Counted from the first letter of the stretch, positions 17,280-27,575 are shown. The stretch: DNA of 64,000 nt from Candidatus Coatesbacteria bacterium (GCA_030602715.1 JAUVZD010000007.1:13581-77580), one strand, 5' to 3'. The notes: generated by a model not told the origin, from the letters alone. Translations and numbers: made by a program.

Positions 17280-18926
17280 ATGTTTAAAGAATTGCTAAGC
17301 CCCACAACAACCCATTTGGTAATATTGAAGATCGGAGCCCTTGCCATACTGGGCTTCTTAACCGCCGTCTTCATCAGGCGGAGAAGGATTGTTCTCGCAG
17401 TAATCGGCATACTTGTTGTAGCGGTGCTTCATCTCTCTATCTTCGGTTTCTGGTTGATGGATGACGCTTATATAACCCACCGCTATGCAAAAAATTTCGC
17501 TTCCGGTCAGGGGCTGACCTTCAACCCGGAGGAAGCTGTTCCCATAGAGGGCTTCTCATCACCAATTTATCTTTTCACACTGGCTCTCCTCATAACACTC
17601 GGTGCATCATCTTTATATCTTACCCAGATGCTGAGTTTGCTGTTCTTCGCCGTATCTATGATGTTGCTCTTACTCTCCGTAAGAGCTTACTATGAAAAAT
17701 CAACGGAGATAGCCCTCTACTCAATCCTCTTCCTCTCGCTTGCCTCCCCTTACATCGTCTATGCCATATCCGGTATGGAGAACACCCTGGTTTCGTCCTT
17801 AATACTGCTGACAATTATCCTCTATTCAAAGGGCAAGAGAGCATTGACAGCCCTCACCTTCGGATTCCTGGCTATCGCACGCCCGGAGGGCTTCGTCATC
17901 GGTATAGCAGCCCTCACCTGCGACTTAATCGTCACCCAACGCGCCTCAAAGCGGAGGTTCAAGGAATGTGCATTCACAATACTAAAGTGGGTTCCGTTCA
18001 TAGCAATTTTTGGAGCGTATTTCCTGTTCCGCATATTATATTTTGAAGAAATCTTTCCAAACACATATTACGCCAAGATGGGAGGATATGTAGATAGAAT
18101 AGTGACCGGAATTGTATATTTCATCCGCTTCTTCATCTTCTTCGGATTACCCCTCTTCTCAGCTCTCTTTATCATCGGGCGAAAATTTATCAAGATGTAT
18201 CATCTCCCTCTAACGCTACTTGTAGCCTACACAGTATTCATCATCCTTGCCGGGGGTGACCTTCCAGCATATCGTTTCTTCACCTACACCATCCCGTTGA
18301 TCCTCCTGCTGGGGGTTGGTGGGTTGATCCACTTAAAGGGGATTTTAAGACGGGGCTTCACCGCGGTTCTGTTCATAATGATTTTTACCCTGGTATCCGG
18401 CACATATTTTCTGGCTTTGGTGGATATGGGTGGGGGGATTTCCTCATTAAAGGCGAGAGGAATTGTTATCGGAGTTGATAGGGTCCAGGGAGCGTTATAC
18501 AACCTGGCAAACGATATAAATAAGGACGCAGAGGGCGATGAGAAAATCGCATTGATAGATGCCGGCATCGTTCCCTATCTTACTGGATTGACTACCGTTG
18601 ACCTTTGGGGACTGATGGATGCCCAGATAGCGGAATGGAAGTATGCCTGTTCCAGCGGTGCTATTACCGGAGATGAGTTTGACCATAAGGTGTGCGAATA
18701 TTTCTTTGGGGGGCAGGTTGACTATTTGGCTATGGATGTCGTCGGTCAGAGTGAGGAGGAGATTGAAGAGATTCTCTCACAAGGTGAATACCATAAGTTG
18801 GAGAGCCACCACGACTTTCACCGCATAAATGAGGATGAGAAGTTCGTTGGACTCTACGAGGCGGTCGGGGTCTATACCATAAACGACGAATATCACCTGG
18901 TTCTCTTTAAGCGGCTGAGCAGTTGA
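17280..18926 (+). CDS. GT-C fold polytopic membrane glycosyltransferase
   Basis: DDAYITHRYA, GLTFN, SGMEN, RPEG, PNTYYAK, GGD..YRF; the TTG at 17220 is the -35 box of TTGACA-17-TATACT. Confidence 0.78.
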   Translation: MFKELLSPTTTHLVILKIGALAILGFLTAVFIRRRRIVLAVIGILVVAVLHLSIFGFWLMDDAYITHRYAKNFASGQGLTFNPEEAVPIEGFSSPIYLFTLALLITLGASSLYLTQMLSLLFFAVSMMLLLLSVRAYYEKSTEIALYSILFLSLASPYIVYAISGMENTLVSSLILLTIILYSKGKRALTALTFGFLAIARPEGFVIGIAALTCDLIVTQRASKRRFKECAFTILKWVPFIAIFGAYFLFRILYFEEIFPNTYYAKMGGYVDRIVTGIVYFIRFFIFFGLPLFSALFIIGRKFIKMYHLPLTLLVAYTVFIILAGGDLPAYRFFTYTIPLILLLGVGGLIHLKGILRRGFTAVLFIMIFTLVSGTYFLALVDMGGGISSLKARGIVIGVDRVQGALYNLANDINKDAEGDEKIALIDAGIVPYLTGLTTVDLWGLMDAQIAEWKYACSSGAITGDEFDHKVCEYFFGGQVDYLAMDVVGQSEEEIEEILSQGEYHKLESHHDFHRINEDEKFVGLYEAVGVYTINDEYHLVLFKRLSS

Positions 18927-19093
18927 ATCTCACCTTGAAGGGGGTGGATTCTTTATTTTTTCCCGACTTTCACCAAATTCCCTACTTTACAGCTTGACTA
19001 TCACATTTCAATAATTTAATTACTAGTTTTCCTTTAAAACATAACCCGGAAGTTAATACCTACAAGAAATTTAAAAAATTTCCGGAGACCAAG

Positions 19094-20845
19094 ATGCGCT
19101 TCAACTCAGGCTGGGCTTGGACCGCCCTGGCGATTTTATCCGCGGTGTTCGTCATTCTTGCCACACTGCAATACTGGTCTATGGAGGAGGACGCCTTCAT
19201 CCTCTTCCGATATGCGGAGAGCGCCGCCCACGGCAACGGACTATATTTCAACGGCGACTACGGCTCACCGGAGCGAGTCGCCGGATATTCCAACATCGTC
19301 TGGATACTGATACTCGCCCTCGTCGCCAAGCTGGGTATCCCCACCCCGGCGGGAGCACGGGCGGTCCTTCTCCTGATAAGTTCGCTCAATCTAATTCTCC
19401 TGTATTATCTTACCAAGCGCATAACCGGCGAGCACCGCCCTCTCAACCTCCTCCCCCCCCTCCTTCTCGCCACCAATGTATGCTATCTATGGTATGCCCC
19501 CGGCGGAATGGAGCCGGCGCTCTTCATCTTCTTCGCCCAGAGCGCATTTCTAGCCTTCATGTATGAAGAGGAACACGGGGTGAGATTCCCCTACTCAGCC
19601 ATACTTTTCGCTCTCCTCACCATGACTCATCCCGAGGGACCGCTCTACTTTCTGGCTGCGGTCGCCTGGCGGGGCGCCAGGCGGTGGCGCAATAAGGAGA
19701 TATTCCTGCGTGACGGGGTCTGGTTCTTCATCTTCTGGACTATCTACTTCGGCTTTCTCATCTGGCATCTGGGCTACTATCGGGACCCCTTCCCCACCAC
19801 CTTTTACAACAAGGGCGTGGGGCATCCCCAGAAACTGCTTCCCGGGTTAAAACACCTGCTCTCCTTCTTCCTGGACAGCAGGGGATACATTCTATTTCTA
19901 CCAATTCTCGCCCTGCCTCTGCGCCGAAAATGGGACCGCCTGGCCTCACCCGGCCCCCCCCAAGGCGGGGTGGCGGGGTGGCTGGTCGCCCTTTTCGTGC
20001 TGGCTGGAGTCGGTTTCATCCTCGTCTGCGGGGGCGACAGCAAAACCCACTATCGTTTTATAATCCCCTTCATGCCCTTTCTCTTCGTCCTGGTTGCGGC
20101 GGGCTTGGCTCGTCTGGGAAAATGGATGCGAAACAAGCGAGCGCTGGCAGTCGCAGTAATTGCATCGCTTGCGGTCATCCTGGCGGTTACAAACACCGTT
20201 CTCTTTGACGATTTCGTCCCCCGGGGCAACATGCTTACCGCAAACATCGCCGAGCTGGTGAAGAACCCCCGCTACCTGATTGACAAGTGGCGATACAGCT
20301 TCGCCCCCTACTCCCACCACCCCAGCACCAATGTAGGTCGCTGGATGAAGGAAAACCTCCCCCCGGACAGTTACATAGCCACCGGACAGACCGGCAATAT
20401 CCCCTATTACGCAGAGATGACCTGCCTGGACATCATGGGATTTAACGACCAAATCATCCAGAAGATACGCATGGAGCGCAACTGGGGGTATAACACATAC
20501 ATCCTGGCACGCAAACCCGACTACCTGGGCGACTACGATGTCATGATGAGGCAGTATGGCGACCGATTAGCCCCCACCCGGCTGGTGGAGGACCCCGACT
20601 TTATCGCCAACTACGAGCTGTATGCGGTCATTGACACCGACCGGGCGGTTCGTGGGGAGAGCATCGGTATACAACGTTTCGTTCTTTTCAAAAGGCGGGA
20701 GCAACCGGTAGAATTAGAGGGCTGGGAATATGAAGAGGCGCTGGAGAGATTTATCTCCAAAGGGGAAAATGTGCTTAGCTACCCCTGTGATTATATCCTC
20801 CCTCCTGGATACAAAGAGAGCGAGAACGATGGTAAAGAGGAGTAA
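19094..20845 (+). CDS. GT-C fold membrane glycosyltransferase, paralog of the previous gene
   Basis: EDAFILFRYA, GLYFN, GGMEP, HPEG, PTTFYNK, GGD..YRF. Confidence 0.78.
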   Translation: MRFNSGWAWTALAILSAVFVILATLQYWSMEEDAFILFRYAESAAHGNGLYFNGDYGSPERVAGYSNIVWILILALVAKLGIPTPAGARAVLLLISSLNLILLYYLTKRITGEHRPLNLLPPLLLATNVCYLWYAPGGMEPALFIFFAQSAFLAFMYEEEHGVRFPYSAILFALLTMTHPEGPLYFLAAVAWRGARRWRNKEIFLRDGVWFFIFWTIYFGFLIWHLGYYRDPFPTTFYNKGVGHPQKLLPGLKHLLSFFLDSRGYILFLPILALPLRRKWDRLASPGPPQGGVAGWLVALFVLAGVGFILVCGGDSKTHYRFIIPFMPFLFVLVAAGLARLGKWMRNKRALAVAVIASLAVILAVTNTVLFDDFVPRGNMLTANIAELVKNPRYLIDKWRYSFAPYSHHPSTNVGRWMKENLPPDSYIATGQTGNIPYYAEMTCLDIMGFNDQIIQKIRMERNWGYNTYILARKPDYLGDYDVMMRQYGDRLAPTRLVEDPDFIANYELYAVIDTDRAVRGESIGIQRFVLFKRREQPVELEGWEYEEALERFISKGENVLSYPCDYILPPGYKESENDGKEE

Positions 20846-20978
20846 CGGGAGACGATGGACATGGTTGACCTGCGAAGGGAAACACGCACAATCGCAGTAA
20901 TGATTATCTTGACAAATCGTTTCCTTATGTTAGTATAAATGGTAAGATTTCAACCATTAACCGTAGGGAGGTTCAGAG

Positions 20979-21836
20979 ATGAAGTGGATTACCATTGTTT
21001 TTGTCCTGATGTTCTTGCCCTTCTGGGCATTTGGCTTGTTGGACGATACTGGAGCCGATTTAAGCGCTCCGTTTGGGAGCCAGATACCCACACCCAATCC
21101 CGATGTGGATATTGAGATAGATATCCTCAACACCTTCACATGTTCTTACGCATCGCATATCTTGGGATTGGATTATGTTGAGGACGAAAGCCTCTTGGGG
21201 TTTGACAGCAACTTGAACAAAACATTCTTCTATTGCGACCCTGACGACGGGACCTATGTGGACGAACTGTATCTGGCTTATTCCTCATCCCCCTTCTGTG
21301 CCGTTGCTGACGACAATGGATATGTGTATGTGGACGACTGGGGAGAATCCTACATAAACTGGTGGGACGGATCCTGGCATTCCTTCTCCAATCCCTCTGG
21401 GACCGATGGCAGAGGGATGGACTATGACTTTGACAGCGGTTACCTCTGGGAGACCAAATCCAGCACTGGCGTGTATCGCTTCCTCACCGATGGCACCGGC
21501 TCTGAGTTCTTCAGCCTTTCCGAGGTTCCCACCTCGATGAGCGGGCTCACCGTCTTCCCCCACGGCGACAATATGTGGTTGATGGTCACCACCTATGGCA
21601 CGTTTAACTTCTACTTCTACGAGTTTGACGGCTCTACGCTCACCTATCTGACCTACGAACCCTGTCCCACCGGCTGTTCCTCCTCCTTAGGACTGACCTA
21701 TTCCGCCGAGAGGGACACCTTCTTCTGGAGTTACAATAGCGGTGGCTACAAAATCAGCGAACTGGATATCACCTTTACTTTCACCGCCGTTCAGCCGGTA
21801 TCTCTCGGCTACATCAAGGCTCTAATGAGCGAGTAA
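20979..21836 (+). CDS. Secreted beta-propeller-like protein with SLGYIKALMSE tail (cassette 1)
   Basis: Signal peptide; GLDY/GMDY/GLTV/GLTY repeats; conserved C-tail. Confidence 0.8.
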   Translation: MKWITIVFVLMFLPFWAFGLLDDTGADLSAPFGSQIPTPNPDVDIEIDILNTFTCSYASHILGLDYVEDESLLGFDSNLNKTFFYCDPDDGTYVDELYLAYSSSPFCAVADDNGYVYVDDWGESYINWWDGSWHSFSNPSGTDGRGMDYDFDSGYLWETKSSTGVYRFLTDGTGSEFFSLSEVPTSMSGLTVFPHGDNMWLMVTTYGTFNFYFYEFDGSTLTYLTYEPCPTGCSSSLGLTYSAERDTFFWSYNSGGYKISELDITFTFTAVQPVSLGYIKALMSE

Positions 21837-21990
21837 ATCTTAGAGGCAAGGAAAGCCAAAGTGGATGGGTCAATTCTTCCCATCCACTTTTATTTTTAAA
21901 CGGCTTGGATCAGCATCGTTGCCTGAGAGGGGGAACCATCCCAATCGGGTAATTTTTTTCTTGACATCTTTACTATTTTTATCTATAATT
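21800..21990 (+). repeat. Direct repeat copy 1: C-tail coding sequence + terminator + sigma70 promoter
   Basis: Highly similar to 22854-23045 and 23827-23957; hairpin AAAGTGGATGGG..CCCATCCACTTT at 21858-21890; TTGACA-17-TATAAT at 21961-21989. Confidence 0.92.
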
Positions 21991-22092
21991 TCAATGTAGT
22001 TACCCAGATAGTTAGTGGTTTTATTTTATTATTTTGTTTGTGGCTTCATAGTGAGGGGCTGAAACAAAAACCTAAAAAAAGGAGGATTTGGG

Positions 22093-22890
22093 ATGAGAAT
22101 TTTACTTATTTCAGTTATCTTGGTAGCAGTGGCTGCTGTTGCCTATGGAGACCCGGGCGATATTCTTGACCAATGGCAAGTCTCTGGCCAGTCTTACAAT
22201 TATGTCCGCGGGTTGGCTTATGATTGGAACGATGAGGATGTCTGGTGTATTGATAACGATGCCGGCTATGCTATTGACTATTGCAAGTTCGACGGCGCAT
22301 CACCACACGATGTAGTCGTCCCCTGGGATGATGTTTCCTCAACTTGTTACTGGGGCTTTGACATCGCCTACGATGGAACCTACATCTACATGAATGACCA
22401 GAATATTCTTGTTTATGTAATTGACCCCACCGATGGAAGTGTGGTGGATTCCTTTAGTGCCCCTTGTGGTGGCGGAGATTATCCCGAGGGCATCGCCTAC
22501 AACCAGGATACTGACTACCTTTACCACACCGGTTTTTACAGTAAGACCATGTGGGTAACCAACACCAGTGGGACTGTTGTTGATACCTGGACCAATATTC
22601 TCCCATCCGCTTCTGGTAATATGGGCGTAGCCTATGGATATGGAAGGATCTGGGTTACCAATAACACCACTAATGAGATCTACCGAATAGACCCAGACAC
22701 CGGCACTCTTGAAGTAACATTCGGTCACAGTATACCTGACTATGAGTTAGGTCTCTGCTGGTCACCTAACGACACATTATTTGCTGCTAATTTCTTGACT
22801 GGATACATCTACGAAATTGAGCCGGACCTAACCTTCACCAGTGTACAGCCAGTATCTCTCGGTTACATCAAGGCTCTAATGAGCGAGTAA
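22093..22890 (+). CDS. Secreted beta-propeller-like protein with SLGYIKALMSE tail (cassette 2)
   Basis: Signal peptide; GLAYD/DIAYD/GIAYN/GVAYG/GLCW repeats; conserved C-tail. Confidence 0.8.
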   Translation: MRILLISVILVAVAAVAYGDPGDILDQWQVSGQSYNYVRGLAYDWNDEDVWCIDNDAGYAIDYCKFDGASPHDVVVPWDDVSSTCYWGFDIAYDGTYIYMNDQNILVYVIDPTDGSVVDSFSAPCGGGDYPEGIAYNQDTDYLYHTGFYSKTMWVTNTSGTVVDTWTNILPSASGNMGVAYGYGRIWVTNNTTNEIYRIDPDTGTLEVTFGHSIPDYELGLCWSPNDTLFAANFLTGYIYEIEPDLTFTSVQPVSLGYIKALMSE

Positions 22891-23045
22891 ATCTTAGAGG
22901 CTAGGAAAACCAAAGTGGATGGGTAATTTCTTCCCATCCACTTTTTATTTTTAAACGGCTTGGATTTGTATCGTCTACTGAGAGGGGGAACCATCCCAAT
23001 CGGGTAATTTTTTTATTTGACATCTTGACTATTTTAATTTATAAT
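22854..23045 (+). repeat. Direct repeat copy 2
   Basis: Same tail and hairpin (22912-22944); TTGACA-17-TATAAT at 23017-23045. Confidence 0.92.
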
Positions 23046-23147
23046 CTTATATGGACTTTTGAGAAAGAATTCCTGCTTTGAAAAATGTGATACAATTGAT
23101 ATACAGAGACGGTCCAAAACAGGTTTGACAGAAGGATTTGGTCAGTT

Positions 23148-23863
23148 ATGAATAAGATTACAGTTTTGCTGTCGATTTTGTTGTTGGTGACGCCTCCTCT
23201 ATTAGCGACCGCCGACATCCTCTGGCAGGATGACTTTGACGGCTACTATCCTGGCATGCCCCTGGAGGATTCGCCGGATTGGGATGAATTCTGTCCTCCC
23301 GATTATTGGACCTTTGTTGTTGTCACCCAATCGGGAGATGACCTATGGGTCGGCGCAAATTGGTCACTTTGCATTGCCACCGGAGGCGCTGACAACCCCA
23401 ATATGAAAGTCTCCGCCGGGAGGTGGACATAGGTGTCGCTCATTATGGCCTTCTAGGAGTTCTTACTCGTTATTCAATCTCTGAAGAAAATGGTTATGCT
23501 GCTGTATGTAAGGTTACCGATACTTACTATGACCCTTACCCTCCTAGCTTTTATGGGGAGATACACTACATTGATAGTTGCTTTTCGTATGAGCGACTGG
23601 TTTCTATTGAACTGCCCGGGGCAATAAGTTCCATCAGTATCGTTGCCCACGGAGAAAACCCCGTCTATCTTGAGGCTTGGTTTGACGGTCACTGCCTTAC
23701 AACCAATGATTACATTTATAATCTTACGGAGGGCTACGGCGGAATATTCGCCGAGGGGTGTATGTGTCTAGAAGGCTACTTAGACGACTTCCTGGAGGAG
23801 GAGGTCTACGAAAATATAAAGCCCGCATCTCTCGGTTACATCAAGGCTATAATGAGCGAGTAA
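23148..23863 (+). pseudogene. Frameshifted secreted protein with SLGYIKAIMSE tail (cassette 3)
   Basis: 23148-23432 has the signal peptide only and 23423-23863 has the tail only; frames shift at GCCGGGAGGTGG (~23415-23426). Confidence 0.65.
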
Positions 23864-23957
23864 AGCTTAGCGGCTGGGAAAACCAAAGTGGATGGGTCAA
23901 TTCTTCCCATCCACTTTTATTTTTAAACGGCTTGGATTTACATCGTCGCCTGCGAGG
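23827..23957 (+). repeat. Direct repeat copy 3 (promoter part degenerate)
   Basis: Same tail and hairpin (23885-23917); downstream TTCACATCTTTACTA resembles a decayed -35 region. Confidence 0.88.
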
Positions 23958-24030
23958 AAAAATACGCCCACTCCGCATAATCCTTTCTTCACATCTTTAC
24001 TACCACTAACTTTCCAGATTGCTCATCACC

Positions 24031-25563
24031 TCACTTCACCGACACATACAACCTGGCCAGTTCCGTCCCGCCGATGAGCTTTAGGTTGCCCCCCTCCACC
24101 AGTTCCTGCTCGCCAATCTGATATTCTTCCCGCCACTTCTCCGGGAACCAGACCAGCACCGCCCTACTTTCAGCCATATATTCGCCGAAATCAACCGCTC
24201 TATCGGTAACCTGCGGCGATATTTTTGCTATGCGTAAGCTGTATAAATAGATGGGATATGGGTAGTTGCTCACCAGGGGAGCATCTTCAGGCAATATCCG
24301 GGAAAGCTCGGCGATTCCCTCCCGCCACATCGGATTGGCATAGCCCAAAGAACCGTCCCCATACATTTTGAGGAGATAACCGCCAGTGGAAAAAGTTGCA
24401 GCCGAAAGCCAGACCAGAAAAAGGAGGAGCGCAAATCTCTTTATTCCCACCCCACTTCTCTGAGCGAATAAGAGCTTACGAAGGACGAAGACCACCAGTA
24501 AAAGCAAGGGCACAAAGATGGGGGCAAGCAGACGGCTGTCCAAAAAATCAAATTTGACGATGGTGGCAAGAAAGACCAGTCCCGAAAGATATAGCAGAAT
24601 ATACACAACCAGGACTATCACCATCAACCTACCCCGACCATCCAACTCTCCTCGCATCCTTCGCAGGATTATGATTACACCGACCGCAACCAAGGCCAGA
24701 AAGGCAAACCCCACCGACAGATGCAGCCACCGAGCCAACCCGGGGTTGGTAAGCCAGACGCCCACCACCTCTCCGATGCGTGAGAGGTTGGTGAGAAGCC
24801 CATAAGGCGAGCGACCTCTCTGCCCCACAGGACTGCCGGAGGCTATAAAACTATACATCAGCCACAAAAATAGTGGCATGCCGGCTATCAGCGAATACCA
24901 AATCGCCTTACTCCATCGCTTGCCGTCTCTTAAAGTGAAGCGGGGATAGAAAAAGATTGCCGTAACAACGGTGAAGATTGTCACCACACCTATATACCGG
25001 AGCATACACCCCAGAGCGGTCAGCAGTGCCGAGGCGACCAACGCCCTCCTCCGCTTCCTCTCCAATCCCTCTACCAACAACCATAATGCGACCATCACCA
25101 CTAAGATAAAGGAGACCTCGGTCCAAATACAGGATGCGCACATCACCAGCGGGGGAGCCAAAGCCACCCCTGCCCCTACGCATAGTCCCATCCCGGGCGA
25201 GTCGGTCATGCGGAAGGCATAGTAAGCGAAGAGAACGACCGAGCAAGCCAGTAGCAGAGCGTTGAAGAATGCGCTGGCGGTTATAGGTGATAAACAGATA
25301 GATTTAAACAGGGCTAAAAGCAGGGGGAAGGCGGGGGGCCAGAGGCTGATGTGGCTTGGCGGACCGACTTCATCCCATAGTTGGAAGGGGGAGGTGAAAC
25401 CTCGCCCGCCATCTAGGTTGTCGGCGATGGCGATGTAGAAGAGCGAATCCATGGAGACGCCGGGACCGTGGTTTGACTGAGCCACAAGCACCGCTCCCCC
25501 GCTTAGCAGTGCCAAGCCGAGCAAGGGAATTAAAAAATTGCTCATGGTGGAAATAGGTCTCAC
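24031..25563 (-). CDS. GT39/ArnT-like GT-C membrane glycosyltransferase
   Basis: SMDSLFY, WPPAFPLLLA, WTE, LRYIG, RLLAP; many TM helices. Confidence 0.75.
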   Translation of the reverse strand: MRPISTMSNFLIPLLGLALLSGGAVLVAQSNHGPGVSMDSLFYIAIADNLDGGRGFTSPFQLWDEVGPPSHISLWPPAFPLLLALFKSICLSPITASAFFNALLLACSVVLFAYYAFRMTDSPGMGLCVGAGVALAPPLVMCASCIWTEVSFILVVMVALWLLVEGLERKRRRALVASALLTALGCMLRYIGVVTIFTVVTAIFFYPRFTLRDGKRWSKAIWYSLIAGMPLFLWLMYSFIASGSPVGQRGRSPYGLLTNLSRIGEVVGVWLTNPGLARWLHLSVGFAFLALVAVGVIIILRRMRGELDGRGRLMVIVLVVYILLYLSGLVFLATIVKFDFLDSRLLAPIFVPLLLLVVFVLRKLLFAQRSGVGIKRFALLLFLVWLSAATFSTGGYLLKMYGDGSLGYANPMWREGIAELSRILPEDAPLVSNYPYPIYLYSLRIAKISPQVTDRAVDFGEYMAESRAVLVWFPEKWREEYQIGEQELVEGGNLKLIGGTELARLYVSVK

Positions 25564-25666
25564 CAGGACTCCTCAGGATGATGAAACTCTCTGATAAATT
25601 GTATAAATCCAGCCTAACAGAAACCCCTCCCTGAGGGCGGAGGGGTAAGTATCCACTCCAACCTTC

Positions 25667-27502
25667 CTACTCCACGGTCACACTCTTTGCCAGGTTCCTC
25701 GGCTGGTCCACATCACAGCCCCTACCCAGGGCGGCGTAATAAGCCAGGAGTTGTAGCGGCACGGTAGCCATGATGGGCATTACCATGCGGTGAGAGCGGG
25801 GGAGGTAAATGGTGCTGGTGCAGTGCTCCTCAATCCCCTGGGTGCCCTCGCAGACCAGACCGAACACTCGGGCCTGGCGAGCCCGCACCTCCTGCACATT
25901 GGACAGGGTCTTCTCTATCACCGATTCCTGGGTCATAATAGCCACCACCGGCGTTCCATCCTCCACCAGGGCGATGGTGCCATGCTTCAGCTCTCCGGCG
26001 GCATATGCCTCCGCATGAATATAGCTTATCTCCTTGAGCTTGAGCGCTCCCTCCCTGGCGATGGGCTCGTCAAGGTTGCGCCCCAGAAAGTAGCAGTGCT
26101 CATCGTCCAATATCTGGTCCGCCAATCCCTTGAACTCCTCCTGACGTGCCAGAAGGGAGTCAATGTCCGAGGGCAGGCGATTCAACCCCTTGATCAACTG
26201 TTTGCGATCTATCTTGGAGGAGACGCCCCTGATATCGGAGAGATAAAGACCCAGGAGGAGCAAGACGGTCAGCTGGGCGATGAAGGCTTTGGTGGAAGCT
26301 ACCGCAATCTCCGGACCGGCATAGGTATAGAGCACCGAATCGGAGTGGCGGGCGATGGAAGAGCCCTGGACGTTGGTTATAGCCAGGCTGGTAGCTCCCA
26401 ACTCCCGGGCGGTATCCAAGCTGGCTAGAGTGTCCGCCGTCTCCCCCGATTGACTGACCAAAACCACCAGGTCGCGGGGATGGACCACCGGTTTCCGGTA
26501 TCTGAATTCACTGGCGATATCCGCTGCCACCGGCAGTCCCAGCATCTCCTCCAGAATATATTTGCCGTAAATGCAGGCGTGGTAAGCGGTTCCACAAGCC
26601 ACCAGATGGATGCGCTTCGCCCTCCGCAAATGTTCATCAGTCACCGCCAAATCCAGCTTGACATCCCCTTTGGGGCTCAACCGTCCCTTGGTGGTGTTAT
26701 GCACCACCCGGGGTTGTTCAGTTATCTCCTTGAGCATGTAGTATTGGTAGCCCTTTTTGGAGGTTTCTTCTACAGTCCAATCCACAATTGATATGTGCCG
26801 GTTGGAAGCGCTGATAGGGGGACCGTCAACAAAGGTGTCCACCTCAATAATGTCTTCAGCTACTTTGACGATATCGCCGTTGTTTAGAATATAAAATTTA
26901 TTTGTTTTGCTCAACAGAGCGGGGATGTCGCTGGCGATGTAGTTTTCCCCATAACCCAATCCAATGATAAGGGGTGCGTTCATGCGGGCAGCCACCAGAT
27001 AACGCTCATCTTTGTGCATAAAGACCAGGGCGAAGGAACCCTGCACCTCAACCAAGGCTTTCTTAACCGCTTCCTTCAGGTCTCCCTGGTAATGCTTTTC
27101 CACCAGATGAGCCAACACCTCGGTATCGGTCTGGGAGACGAACTGGTGCCCCTCAGCGATGAGCTTCTCCTTTAGGGGGAGATAGTTCTCAATGATACCG
27201 TTCTGGATTACGACGATATTACCACTACAGTCCATGTGGGGATGGGCATTGATGTAGGTGGGAACCCCATGGGTAGCCCAGCGGGTATGTCCGACGCCCA
27301 TGGTGCCGGTGGGCATATTATTAGCCAGGAGCTTCTCCAATTCCTCCAACTTTCCCGGGGCTTTCTCTATCACCAGCTCCCCGGAGGAATTGACCACCGC
27401 AATGCCGGCGGAATCATAGCCCCGATAGGCGAGGTTTTCCAGCGTCTCCACCAGAAATGGACCTGCTTCCATGGAGCCTACATAACTGACAATCCCACAC
27501 AT
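25667..27502 (-). CDS. glmS: Glutamine-fructose-6-phosphate aminotransferase
   Basis: MCGIV, YRGYDSAG, GHTRWATHG, SQSGETADT, QPRNLAKSVTVE. Confidence 0.97.
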   Translation of the reverse strand: MCGIVSYVGSMEAGPFLVETLENLAYRGYDSAGIAVVNSSGELVIEKAPGKLEELEKLLANNMPTGTMGVGHTRWATHGVPTYINAHPHMDCSGNIVVIQNGIIENYLPLKEKLIAEGHQFVSQTDTEVLAHLVEKHYQGDLKEAVKKALVEVQGSFALVFMHKDERYLVAARMNAPLIIGLGYGENYIASDIPALLSKTNKFYILNNGDIVKVAEDIIEVDTFVDGPPISASNRHISIVDWTVEETSKKGYQYYMLKEITEQPRVVHNTTKGRLSPKGDVKLDLAVTDEHLRRAKRIHLVACGTAYHACIYGKYILEEMLGLPVAADIASEFRYRKPVVHPRDLVVLVSQSGETADTLASLDTARELGATSLAITNVQGSSIARHSDSVLYTYAGPEIAVASTKAFIAQLTVLLLLGLYLSDIRGVSSKIDRKQLIKGLNRLPSDIDSLLARQEEFKGLADQILDDEHCYFLGRNLDEPIAREGALKLKEISYIHAEAYAAGELKHGTIALVEDGTPVVAIMTQESVIEKTLSNVQEVRARQARVFGLVCEGTQGIEEHCTSTIYLPRSHRMVMPIMATVPLQLLAYYAALGRGCDVDQPRNLAKSVTVE

Positions 27503-27575
27503 TACCACCCTCCAGAGCAATTGAAACCACGATGGATTTCGCTACACATTATGATAACAAAATATGCTGTGAAAA

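Noticed and set aside
21800-23960. Repeat read as integron attC sites, CRISPR or DGR
   Set aside because: No RYYYAAC/GTTRRRY boxes; the repeat overlaps coding sequence; ~1-kb spacing; no integrase, cas or reverse transcriptase in the window.
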